A stretch of DNA of 62,954 bases, the filler included, from Reticulomyxa filosa (Eukaryota > Protista > Foraminifera): assembly GCA_000512085.1 (NCBI GenBank). It is 24 parts of 24 records of this genome, joined end to end, with 100 filler letters (N's around TTAATTAATTAA, not from the genome) between each part and the next. Parts side by side here need not be neighbours in the genome. Positions count along the whole stretch, not along the records: positions 37,407 to 41,645 come from ASPP01002600.1; positions 41,746 to 43,293 come from ASPP01001978.1; positions 43,394 to 44,547 come from ASPP01027369.1; positions 44,648 to 45,836 come from ASPP01007773.1; positions 45,937 to 47,526 come from ASPP01000223.1; positions 47,627 to 55,779 come from ASPP01007190.1; 18 more parts are not named here. One strand, 5' to 3'. How positions within the stretch are numbered: the stretch's first letter is position 1; each line of letters opens with the position of its first letter. A program made the position numbers and the translations under genes. A model generated the notes under the pieces. It was not told where the DNA came from and made no database searches. It saw nothing but the letters and a program-made list of their open reading frames with translations. Positions 37,407-49,651 of the stretch are shown here, one piece after another.

Positions 37407-38456
37407 TACACGAACTGTTTTATCATCTGATCCAGAACAAATCAATTGACCACTATCAAATGTTGAATAATCAATACTCCACACCCAACTAGTATGTTCA
37501 GTGAATGTTTTAAGTAAATTGGATGATGAACGAAATAAATCAAATGCGAAAGTTGATGATAATAAAGTATGGGACTGATTAATTTCTTTTTCGTTTGTTT
37601 CTCTTTTTTCTTCGTCGTATTGGTGATTTAATGTTTGAATCAATTGTTCGTAATCTTGAATTAGTTTGGAATTCTTTTCTTCCAATGATTTGACAATTTT
37701 TTCGTGATTAGATAAAATTTTTTTTTCTTTATCATTGAACTCTTTTTTAATCATTTCAATATCTGCACGATATTTGAGCAATTCTTGTTGAGAATCTCTT
37801 TCCATTTGTTTGACTAGACTGTCTTTCAATTGAATTTCTTGTTTCATAGACTGGAGTAATTGAGTAACTAAATCAAAATGTAATTTCATATTTGCAATTA
37901 GGTGATCTTTTAAATTTTGGTTGAGACACATATGGTTACAACCAAATGGTTTAAACCAACAATGAATTAAATTCAAAGAACATTCACTCATTAAATGGGT
38001 ATTTAAATCTTTTAATTTCCCTTTGAATTCACATTTAATTACTCCAGGTGTTTCTCCTTCTCCTTCAGTTTCATTTGATGTCTTTAATTCTTGATCAAAT
38101 TGTCTTATGCACATCACTGTTAAGTCACCAATTTGTCTTCGTGCTACATTACTTTTTGAATACTGACAATTGTCATGTGGTTGAATTGGGCAAGAGTTAT
38201 TATGATTCTTAAGGAATAACTTCAGACAATTTTCTCCAGCAATCAGCGTTTCATCCATAGCTTCGTGTTGTGGACACTCCATTTCCATTGGGTTGTTTGT
38301 AACTTGTTTGCAAATTAAACAAATGAAATGTTGGATGTATTCTTGTGAGTAGAACCGTAAAATCCAATCTTTATTAAAGCAGGACTGCTCAAATGAAAGC
38401 AAAGTTGCTTCAGTTTTTGCTTCATCTTTTGAGTTTTCTTCAGTCGTTTGCTTCAT
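37407..38456 (-). CDS. Degenerate RING - TRAF zinc finger - coiled coil - WD40 (family A) protein with TRAF7-like architecture, 3'-truncated
   Basis: CLICKQ...CPQH...ENC...CPIQPH, then L.V.C...CEFKGKLKDLNTHL..EC....C.FKPFGC......L..H, a heptad-rich segment, and FRSSSNLLKTFTEHTSWVWSIDYS...ICSGSDDKTVRV. Confidence 0.88.
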
Positions 38457-39501
38457 TATCTTTATTTCTTTTTTGGTTTAATAATAATAATCAATTGAAA
38501 CTTCAAAAAAAGATTTTGGAGTCGAATTTTACCAAAAAAAAATTTTTTAGTTTTTAAAAAAATGGAAGAGACTGATAAGCAAAAAATGTGTGAAATTATT
38601 ATATGCTGGAAAAAACTCTGTTTTTGATTATTTAATATAAAACAGCTAAATACTCAAATTAACATTAACCCCTTTTTTCAGCATATACGATATTATCAGT
38701 TACCAATATTATATTAAATACATTCTGGTGTCTAACAACAATTCAATTTTGACACAATAAAGTACAAAATCCATTTAACACAATATGTTCATTTCAATAA
38801 ACAACTACGTTTGAGCAATGAAAATGATGGAAAGTAATTTAATTGAATTAAAATTTGAGTACATAGAGTGTAATTATTAAATGTAAGATAACTTCTTTTG
38901 TTTTTTGCTTAATATCGTCTTTGGATCGAGTATTTTTTCTCAAGGGCAATGAAAGGGTACAGTCAAGAATATTTTGGCAATATGAAAAATGGGGTTTAAC
39001 AACATATGTGAAGATAAGAAATTTTTTAAAAAGAATTTTCCAAACATTAAAACTGCGTAAATCATTGAAGACTATGTAATTGCATAAATTATACGCTTTA
39101 ATCAATTTATTTGAAATAGTTTAATAAATTTGTGTAATGCTTTTTCAAATTAAATTAAGATTAAGTTTTTATCAGAAACTATAAATTATTTGTACTCAAA
39201 AGAGTAAATATTAATCCGAATTTTCTATTTTGTAATTTTTTAATCTAAAAAAAAAGGAATGATTAAATCAACATATAATAAAGGCAACTTGATTGCGTGA
39301 ATTTCTTGAAATAATTTTTAAAAAATAATAATTCATATTCAATTGTATATTATTGCGCATTCAAATTACCCATTTACTATAATTTTGAATAAACTAGAAA
39401 TTAAAACAAAAAAATTCTTGCTGACTCCAAAAAAAAATTTTTTACAAGTTTTTTTTTGACGGAGAAAGAAAAAATTCTTTGCTAGTAAAGAAGCAAAAAT
39501 A

Positions 39502-39897
39502 CAGTAGAATGCAAAGTAAAGTTGACATTTAAAAAGGTACCTTATAGAGGTTATTGATTTTCTTCGTGAAAAACAACATTCAGACATAATTTTTTTAAAA
39601 ATATCTACGTATTGAACACTTTCTGAAAATGCTTACAAGAAAGTTGGCAAATTTCATGGTTACGACACAGACACATTGTCAACTTTTTCTCGAAAATTTC
39701 AAAAATCAATAAAATATTCAAATTTTTAAACAATTAGGAAAAATTAATAAAAAATTAAATTCAAAATGATATTTAAAAACTACAAGATTCATACATATTT
39801 TTAAAAAATTAGATCTGAATGTTGTTTTTTCATGAAGAAAATCAATCGTCTTTATAAGGTGCCGTTTTATGTGTTAACTTTACTTTGCGTTCTACTG
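39502..39897. mobile_element. MITE family 1, complete 396-bp copy with ~110-bp imperfect TIRs and TA duplication (Tc1/mariner type)
   Basis: TA|CAGTAGAATGCAAAGTAAAGTTGACA... at the left end and ...TGTTAACTTTACTTTGCGTTCTACTG|TA at the right end. The arms pair over 39502-39610 and 39790-39897. No transposase ORF. Confidence 0.9.
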
Positions 39898-39900
39898 TAA

Positions 39901-40284
39901 ATGAACAATATTGATGTGATTGGTGGAAATGGATATACAATTTGTTCTGGATCATGGGATAAAACCATTCGAATGTGGGATATTGAAACAACCAAACAAA
40001 TTAATATATTCAAAGGACATCAAAGTTGGGTTAGGAGTGTAAAATATGGATCAAATGAATTAGTGAATACAATATTATCTGGACCAGATGATAAAAGTGT
40101 TCGTTTGTGGGATATTCGATCAAATAAGAATAAATTGTATATAATCAATGGATATGAGGAAGACGATGGAATATATTGTCTTAAATTTATTGGATTGAAA
40201 AAGAAAGAAAAGACAAAGAATGTTACACATGATTTGAAATTGTGTTATGGTTTAGGCAATGGTCTCATTCGTATTTGGGGATAA
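39901..40284 (+). pseudogene. WD40 family A 3' fragment, 5'-truncated at the MITE and lacking one internal repeat
   Basis: Begins mid-gene (NNIDVIGGNGYTICSGSWD) 3 nt after the MITE end. Ends LIRIWG*. Confidence 0.85.
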
Positions 40285-40559
40285 TTTACTTTTTTGTCGA
40301 ATAAGAAATGAAAATGTTTTTTCTTTGAAAAATTTGATTAAAGAAAAGTAATGTGATGTTAGACTTGTTTTATTTGATTGAATGCAAGCATTTAAAAATG
40401 TTTTCCATTTTACTTTGTTGTTTGAAAAAGTTTAAAAGCTGCGTTCAATGTCTTTTAAAAAATTGAACAGCATAATTAATAAAAATTATATTCAAATAGC
40501 AACATAAATTGCAAGATATTTCAAATATTGTGTTTTCTTTATTGCTAATCACTGGTCCA

Positions 40560-40930
40560 ATCTGCATTTAAATGTTCATTAATGTATTTTACTTTCACTT
40601 TAAAATCACATATTATTACAATCATGCTCAATCTGTCCGTTTTCTTTATTTCTGAAAAAAATAAAAAATAAATATTCTTGATGCAACTGATATAGATATT
40701 TCAATCTCCTTTTCATTTTAAATATTAATTATCAACTCTCCGACGATTAATGTTTTGTCTATTTTCTTGTGTTGAAAACAATATATTTCCATATGGTTGT
40801 TGGCAATTTACTTACAAATTAAACAAATAAATTCGTTATAACTTCAGATTGATTCAAATGTAAAAGCCAATTTTTATCAAATCACACTTGCTTGTTTGTC
40901 TTCTTTGTTTTTTCATCTTTAGTTTACCCG
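40560..40930 (-). pseudogene. Decayed RING/TRAF-head gene
   Basis: Mixed frames give DKNWLLHLNQS...ICLICK*IANNHMEIYCFQHKKIDKTLIVGE...CDFKVKV...LMNI, homologous to 41197-41645 and the 38456 gene. Confidence 0.75.
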
Positions 40931-41196
40931 TTTTATTCCCTTTAGCAAAGTATCTTTTTGTTAAAAATTTCTGACAAGATTTTCGCACAGTTGATTATCA
41001 TTTAATAAAGTAATTGTAAATAATTTTTCTAAGCTAATAAATTTGCATTGTTTGACAATTTTTATAGTCAAAAAAAAAACTATCCAAAGAAAAAAAAGTC
41101 TGTTCAATCCAATTTACTAAAAAAACTCTATAACAATTTGATTGCAAAAAAAAAAAAGAAATTCTTATTTCCTCGCAAAAGAACAAGAAAAGAGAC

Positions 41197-41645
41197 ATGC
41201 AATCAGAAAAGATGAAAGATGGAACAACTCCAATTTCCTTTGACATGTCATGCCTCGATAAAAACTGGATTTTACAAACTAATCAATCTGGAGGAATCAA
41301 CCACTTTGCTTGTTTGATTTGCAAACAAGTTGCCAATAATGCTTTGGAATCCCATTGTACTCAGCATGAAGATATGAAAGAAGCATTGATTGTAGGTGAA
41401 TATTGCTTACAACAATATCTCAAATCAAATTCCAATTCATGTCCTATCCAACCACATGAAAATCCCATCTTTTTAAAAAGTAGAGCGGTGCAACAACATG
41501 TTGGCGATTTGATTGTGGTGTGTCCATTACAGTATGAAAATGATCAGAGAGGCGAAATAACTGAAAGAAGCAAAGTCTGTGATTTTAAAGGAAAAATTAG
41601 AGAATTATTAGATCATTTACACAAATCATGTCCTTTGAAATTACT
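41197..41645 (+). CDS. Degenerate RING - TRAF zinc finger protein, 3'-truncated
   Basis: CLDKNWIL...CLICKQVANN..E.HC.QH....LIVGEYCLQQYL...CPIQPH...CDFKGKIRELLDHLHKSCPL; paralog of 37407-38456. Confidence 0.85.
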
Positions 41646-44600
41646 NNNNNNNNNNNNNNNNNNNNNNNNNNNNNNNNNNNNNNNNNNNNTTAATTAATTA
41701 ANNNNNNNNNNNNNNNNNNNNNNNNNNNNNNNNNNNNNNNNNNNNTTTTTTTATGTCCTCCAACCTAAAAATTCTGCCGTTACAGTTAGGGAAGGCAAGG
41801 TCGCAAGCAACTCGCGTGGCGCTTGGGCTGGGGCCATGTAGTGCAAATCACCCCTATGTCAGTGTGACAATTGTTATATGTTCAAAACAACAGCAGTAAA
41901 GGGGAATAATCGAGAGAATATCAACGACAAACACAATTCAAACTCATTCGAATATCGTGTTAGCAATTGCGTCAATTGTTCCCCAGAAGGGCCCATCAGA
42001 TTGTTGTGAGCATCCGTATCACAGCCACGCTGTGACTGTGAACTACGGAAACGATTGTAAGGCGTGAGAAGGGGGTGTCTTGGAGTCCACGCATCATCAC
42101 AGCTCCCCTCTTCACTCATCCGATTCATTGTCAGAATCGGTGAAGCTGGTAAACTTTCAGACTGTTGTCTCATGATTGGATTACAAAATGAACAAAACAC
42201 AGTTTTTTTTGTGGACGTAAAAATGTATTAGATCTTCTACGCTACTGATCGTGGAAACTACAACAGCTTTGTTATGCTAACTTCTGTGATATATCAAATT
42301 TTTTTGATTGTTTATATCTTGCAATATTAGTTTAGAAGTTGAATTAAAAAAGAAAATTTTGTCTTTCCAATGATTTGTCAAGTGGTTCATTTTGTATTGA
42401 GGATTTGTTATGTTACTATGATTTACAATTTCGATATTTCAATCACTGTAAACAGGGATTACTTTTACAAATATTTACAATTTTTTCACGAAAAAGCAAC
42501 GTCTTTGCAATTTTTTAAAAATATTTATGTGCAGTGGGGAATTAAAATGTTTGGTTGTAGTGCATAATTTAAAAGTGTAAATAAAAGTAGTTTTATGTTT
42601 TTTTATAATTTCAGGAAAGAAGAGACCGCTCATTACTGAAATTGATATTTTACAGTTTTTGTTTTGTTCGTAAATTTGAGACATGTAGAACTTTTTAAAA
42701 AACAGCATTCTACATTCTGTAGATATTGAAGAAAAGCATTATGTTTTAGCTAGGCAACAGATGATTATAATGGTTGAGCAGAAGTTTCACCTTGTACATG
42801 TTACAAAAGTACCTTTTTTAAGAAAAATCTCACTTGCAAAGTGCTTGTTTTTTAAAACTGAAAAGATATTTTATTTTAATAAATGATTTGCAATAAATAA
42901 ATGAAATTTATTTTTGAATGGTTAATATTAACAAAAACAAGAAAATGTTGATTTTAAAAAATGGTTAATTATTGAAAACAATTTCTTTACGACAGGGGCC
43001 TTTGAAAAAAGTTGACTATTAATAATAAACTCTTTCAAAACATGACAAGAAAGTTTTTCTTTTTCGAAGCTGGAGTATGGAATACAAAAGACGACTTGAC
43101 GCTTCTCTTGAATAAGAAGACATTATACTGGACTTTATTCTTTGAAAACGACACGACAATGATTTGGACGACAATGATTTGGAAGATCATTTGCACCACC
43201 ATTTGCACCATATCAGCAATTACAATAGATCAACATCGATCATCAATTATTGTTAATAGAACACTCGAAGTGACAACGAAACGAATTATTGCANNNNNNN
43301 NNNNNNNNNNNNNNNNNNNNNNNNNNNNNNNNNNNNNTTAATTAATTAANNNNNNNNNNNNNNNNNNNNNNNNNNNNNNNNNNNNNNNNNNNNAACTTGA
43401 TTGCATTAAGTAATAATCTATTGTTATCTACCGGTTTCACTACATATGTCCAATCAATTCAACATGACTTGGATATTCACAGATAAAATTGTGTTTGTTT
43501 TTGATTGTATGATGATAATAACAAGTTCTTTGATATTTACCTCTACAAATGAGGAGTTCGTATTTGAGTAGCACACATTGAGATTGCACAAGTGGAATGT
43601 GCAACTTTTTCAAAGTTTGAAAGATGGTTTTGAGATGTTGGTTTTGTTTTGCCTCTCTTTCAGGTTGTTGTTGTTCGATTATCTATGTTGTTAATGTTGC
43701 TGAAACGTTTTAAATTTAACTTTTCTTAAAAAAGGGATTTAAAAAATAAAAAGGTATTTTACATTGATATTTTCTATTTTGTTAATGAAACAAAAAATTT
43801 ACATAATTGAAAAGAAGTAATCAATAACATCTATTTGAAACATAAACAATAAAAAAATATTCAATATTATATCGAATATTCAAGAAAAAATTCATTTTAG
43901 AATCTCAATAATCAATTAAAAACGTATTTTTTCGATCAAGGTAATCAGAGTTTCCACCACTTGAGTGGTTGCAGTCACAACCAACCATTCATTGTCTTAG
44001 CCCTTCTTCGTCTTCACAGTGCAAGTAATAGTCTACTGTCCAGAGACTGCTCCTCAATCTATGCTCCAGTAAGTGCTGCTGTTGCCAAGCTTTTTTCACC
44101 TGCTAAAGCACTCTTAGTCAATGTCTCTTTGATTAAACAGAATGATTCAACTATCGTTAAACTCTTCCAGTCTACCGTCTTGCGAGTATTTACATCATTT
44201 ACTTGTGCGTACAGTCCTTGGATCGGTTAATGCAACTGCTTGTAATTTTCTGTCGTCTCCATGCGCAATTGCACGAGCAAGCGAAGCCCGTTTATGTGTT
44301 GGGTGTGAGTCTGCACTGACCCAGTTTCAAAATGTGCAGAAGTTACAGTAGTAATTCCTCAAGGTTGATAGACCTGATCAATCTATCGCTAAGTTTCTGA
44401 TTGTCACTTTTATCAACTTATTAAAGTAAATATAGATCTGTCTCACCGTACAAGATGATTTGTTATTTGTTGTCATTCCATTGTCATTGGCATTAGCATT
44501 AGTATTTTCTTCCTTGTTTTTATTGTCATCGTTTGCTAATATTGATTNNNNNNNNNNNNNNNNNNNNNNNNNNNNNNNNNNNNNNNNNNNNTTAATTAAT

Positions 44601-46719
44601 TAANNNNNNNNNNNNNNNNNNNNNNNNNNNNNNNNNNNNNNNNNNNNTAACTTAAATACACAGTTTGACAACATCCAAAAAAAAAAAGTTTTTTTTACTT
44701 GACAATAAATTGCCAAAGGGAAATTGGATCACAAAATATGTTATTGACATTTGCATTTTTCGATGTTGCAAACAATTTTTACATTCTGTATGTTATGACA
44801 AAACAAAGGCATATCGAAAAATTTACATAAAAATGTTTTTTGGAACATTGCGAATACATTTTTGACGAACAAACAATTTCAAGAAATTATGGTAAATTTT
44901 CATTATTATGTCAAACAATATTTTTTAATAGTGTCATAAATGTAAAATGAAAATATTATGCACTTGTATCAATTTTTTATATTATATTAATACAAATATA
45001 AAATAATCATATATAAATGTAATGCAATTGACTTGGTCCATAATTTGTTCTATTTTCACGTAAAAAACTAAATTATGAAATTATAATTATATGTATATTT
45101 ACATAACATTTATCACACTTTTTATAATTTTCTTTATTTGAAAATGAATATTTATAGTATTTGCAGTTGAAAATCAGTTTTGCTAATAAATTTTATTACA
45201 AAAATTGATTTTTTTAAAATTGTTTATTAAAAAGCAAATTGACAAATTTTGCAAAAATTTTTCTTTATTTTGATTTTTTATCTAATTTTTTACAATAAAG
45301 AAAAATTTATATCTTTTATTTTCTATATATAGCAAGCAAAGTAAATTAGAAGAGTCATATATTAAATTGATAGAAATTCACGTATGTTTAATCTTGATCC
45401 AGTTTTTACAAATGTCAAAAATTTGATTCATCAGATATCTAACAACTTTCGTGAATTTGAAGACTCTACAGAATTCTACAAATTTTACTAAGATTTTTGT
45501 TTACATCAGTAATTATATTTAAATCTTCAACATTTAACATTGTGAGAGGATCTGTTATATTAATTCCTCTTTAAAAGATATTTTGATTTTGTTTGAACTT
45601 TTGTGTAAAAATCAAATGAGCAATGAAAATTGTTCAACTCTTCTATTATCTTTAAGACAGCCAGGGTAATTTCAGAACAATATCAACTGTTTAATTATAT
45701 ATAAAAAATAGAGAATTTGAAAGGACATGTTTTGTTCATGTTTACGCATGATTCTGATATTTGTTGATAATATTATTCAATCATGTGTGGGAAGTATGCT
45801 GTGAAGAGCTACACTAAATGTAATACGAAAAGATTTNNNNNNNNNNNNNNNNNNNNNNNNNNNNNNNNNNNNNNNNNNNNTTAATTAATTAANNNNNNNN
45901 NNNNNNNNNNNNNNNNNNNNNNNNNNNNNNNNNNNNCCAAATGCAAATGCCAGACAGCATGGTCAAATAAGTACAACAATCCAGTCCAATATTAACGTTG
46001 CACAATTCCTCAAAAAGGATAAAGGTAGATATTATTGAATGAGAAAAAAATAATCATTAAAAAAAAAAATTGTATATGTATATAAGTTGCTTGAAGCATT
46101 GCCTGTTGGCTGATGGAAACAATAAATTTGGAGGATAGTCGTTGTGTGGATGCCTTTTGAGGAAAAAAAAATTGACAATAACAAAAGTGTACTAACACAA
46201 TGATATCATCCATTGTAAGCAAATGATCACACATTTTACACGATTGTCAATATTCAACACTTTTTATTTTTATTTTCATCCAGCCAAAAGATAATGGGTA
46301 CGATTGTATCATTCTTCAAGCACATTAGCTAATTGTGTTCCGATGTTATTGATGTAAAGACAGCGGATTTGATAATATATCTTTTTTAATGCGGCCTGGG
46401 TTTTTTTTGGATGTCAATAAAAATAGAAAATGTGTAGTTATTATATTATTATAATGATACTTTGTAAAAAAACAAACATTATGACAATATAATTCGAATA
46501 ATATTTTTTTCGAACCAATGTGTATTCAATAAAAATGAAAAACAAAAATTGTAATGGACGCATTACTATAGTTGCTTAAAACTTTGACAAATCCACTTAT
46601 GCACTTTAAACTCCATTTTTGATTTGTTTTTGATACGTTCGTGGTCTCTTTTAATAATATCGTGATATTTTTTGTGTTTACAGTCACCATTTTGCTTGCT
46701 CACTGTCGAGATTTTTTGA

Positions 46720-47230
46720 TTAGAACTTTTTTTTTACTTTTTTTTGGAAGACGACTGATTTGTGAGCTAATTGATCACCGGTGATATTTCCAAACGAACT
46801 GACCACGGCCGACAATTTGTTAGTACTGTTCAAAAACAAAGTGCCGTACTTGCCACTCCAATCGCCCACCTCGTAAGCATAACGATCCGATGCAAAGTTG
46901 TCCGAGCAAGAGTACGACGTCTCAATACAACTTCCATTCACTGAACAGTACAAATTGTCCGTTTTATTATTTTTATTAGCATTTTTTTCATTTTATATCT
47001 TCTCATCTGTCACCCCCTTTTTTTTTAAAAAATGTAGGTATTGTACTGACCGTAATGTCCTCCCACTGCGCTGGATGCGCAATTTGTACTAGTGTAGCTT
47101 TTGTTTTGGCGTTGTTCCATGACATTGCACGTGATAGAGAAAGCCTTGTGAGTTGTTACAGCCCGATAGCAAGCAGCTTGCTAACAATTCGGTTAAATCA
47201 ACTGTATTTGACTAGCTGCTACCGTCACGT
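46720..47230 (-). pseudogene. Cu/Zn-SOD-fold (Cu-only SOD-like) gene, degraded
   Basis: GFLYHV, CASSAVGGHY, YEVGDWSGKYG and KSVVF correspond to YHIH, GGH and EVGDLSGKHG...RSVVIH. Frameshifted, with His ligands altered. Confidence 0.6.
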
Positions 47231-47759
47231 TCACTTGCACGCCGCTTTTTTTTTTTACATTTTGGTAAGTGAGGTTTGTTGTGTAACTTCAACAACGTAC
47301 ACTTATTTTTTCTGATATCAAAAAAAAATTATACAAAAAAAAGACAAAACGAGTATGTTGCAAGGAATTTGGCTTCCATGATGCTCGATCCAAGACTTTT
47401 GTAAACTAAAAGACTGGTTAATGCACAAATTATCAACATTTTGTCTTTTAGTGATGGTTCATACATGCTAAAGTGATTTATTAAAAAAAAATTGCGTTAT
47501 CCCTTTTTTTTTGTTCAAAACGGAAGNNNNNNNNNNNNNNNNNNNNNNNNNNNNNNNNNNNNNNNNNNNNTTAATTAATTAANNNNNNNNNNNNNNNNNN
47601 NNNNNNNNNNNNNNNNNNNNNNNNNNTAAAAAAAAAAAAAAAAAAAAAAAAAAGAAAATTATAAAATTTAGTGAATATAAATATTTACAAAAAATAAATA
47701 AATTTATTTATGTTTATTTATGTTTATTATTATTGGACAATTACATAAAATACATGTAT

Positions 47760-49619
47760 TGTTCAATGCAGAAATTTCGTGACGGATTGATTGTCGAGTT
47801 TTTGAACATTTACCAAGGAATGGTTTGTTATCTCCACATCCCAATGATTTTGTCGAATCGATGGAGTGACCACATCGAAATTGGCCAGTCCATCCCGGGA
47901 AGAATTGTGTTGGTCCAACCGAAGGACGAATATATCATGGTGTCATTGAAGCCACACTTGACCAAAGACGCAGGTCTATTCATTCAAAAACTCGCAGTGT
48001 ATTCCAAGACGTCCACCGTCGTGCCGCATGCACTCAATAGCATTGTCACTGCCAACGTGCAGCGAGTTGCCTATGGAAATCTGTTAATGTATTGTCCAGA
48101 GCTAAACAAGTCCAAAAAAGAGCCCGTCGGCGTCGTCGGGGCAGATGAGTCGGTCCCTGTTACAGAGAATGATCAAGACATTGATGCAGCACGAGCGAAT
48201 GCTTCTTATGTCATTCTCATATCAGTTACTTGCACTTTTTTTTTTTTTTTAAGGACCCCCCTCCCCCCCCCCCTCCTCTTATCTTAAAAAAAAAAAAAAA
48301 ATTTTTTTTTTTTTTTAAACAGAAAAAACAAATGCAAGGCTCTCCAATGGCATTCAAAGATCGCAAAGATTTACGCGTAAAGTTGCTGCATTACAACGCG
48401 TTTGAAAAGCAATTCGAAGGAACGCTTCACTCAGACTTGATCGACCAGCGAGTCTTGTTCTACCGTGACGTGAAGCCGGGAATGGTGTTTGATTGCAAAA
48501 TCAAGGCAATTGAGGAAGATCAATTGAAGGTGGAATTTGCCAATGGTCTGATCGGCTATGTGTTGCGACTGCATGTGAGCGACGTGCCTCCCAAAAAAGA
48601 CGTGGCATTGTCCAAGAAGTTCCAAGTCGATACGGTGTTGCCTTGTCGCGTGTTGGTCGTCCATCGCATCGAACGAGCGATCAATCTTACAGCAAAGCCT
48701 TGTTTGGTAACGGGCACGGATGCCCCTTTTCAGATTTTCGACTATCACAATGCGCAACGCAATACCGTCTCGGGCGCAGTCGTGTTCAAAATCAATGATT
48801 TGGCGGGATTTATTACTGTCCATTTTTATAATAATGTCCAAGCGATTATCCCTAAACGCGACTTGCTTATGAACGGGTATCATTCCAAGCCTTCCAACGA
48901 ATTCTATTTGGGACAGTACGTTCAAGTACGAGTTGTCAAGTCCAGTGCTCGTCAACGCAGAATGATTTGCTCGATGAATATCAACCCGTGGACCAAGCCT
49001 GGAATGGATCTCCAGATTACCATGTTTTGGTCTCGCGTTGTCCAAATTCGAGACGATTGCTTGATTGTCAAAAAAATGAAGTCTGATCATTTCAACAAAG
49101 CTGTGGATGAGCATGACAAAGCCAAAGACAAGAAAGATGATGATACTGATGCTGATGCTGACGACAATGATAACAACAACAACAACAACAATAAAAATGA
49201 TAATGGTAATGATGATGATGACAATGATGACGACGCTGGCGAATTGCAAGGCGAACTGTTGGAAGATGGAACCATCCGAGGGGTATGCAAGTATGCTGTA
49301 TTGCCCAATACGCACTTGAGTGATAATGCTTTGCTGAGCGAACACCTCGTCAAACTCGGCGGAGTCAAAGTCGGGGACCAACTGCAGGTACTGTCCTTAT
49401 GCAAAATCGCACAAATTGCTGACATGGACAATGTTCTAGCTCCATTGGGGGTCCTGTCTGCCAAGTCTTTGAGGGTTGGCTCACTCGTTGTCAACCACGT
49501 CGTCACCGCAAAACCCGGCTTGCTTCGGCTGTCCAAGAGAGATCAACTTACCGATGTCTTTCCTTCCGTTATATCCGACGTATGTTTTCCACTTCCAAAC
49601 AATATTATTGTTTTACAAA

Positions 49620-49651
<32 letters not shown>

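Noticed and set aside
42470-42730. Possible sixth MITE copy
   Set aside because: Only patchy AT-rich similarity, with no CAGTAG/CTACTG terminus.
43154-43212. Short tandem duplications (ACAATGATTTGG x2, ATTTGCACCA x2)
   Set aside because: Two-unit slippage duplicates without spacers or context.
44648-44940. Cluster of TGACA/TGTCA motifs (also ~1690-1910) as a regulatory or subterminal repeat array
   Set aside because: Irregular spacing and short motifs in AT-rich DNA, with no boundaries or TSD; cannot be distinguished from chance by eye.
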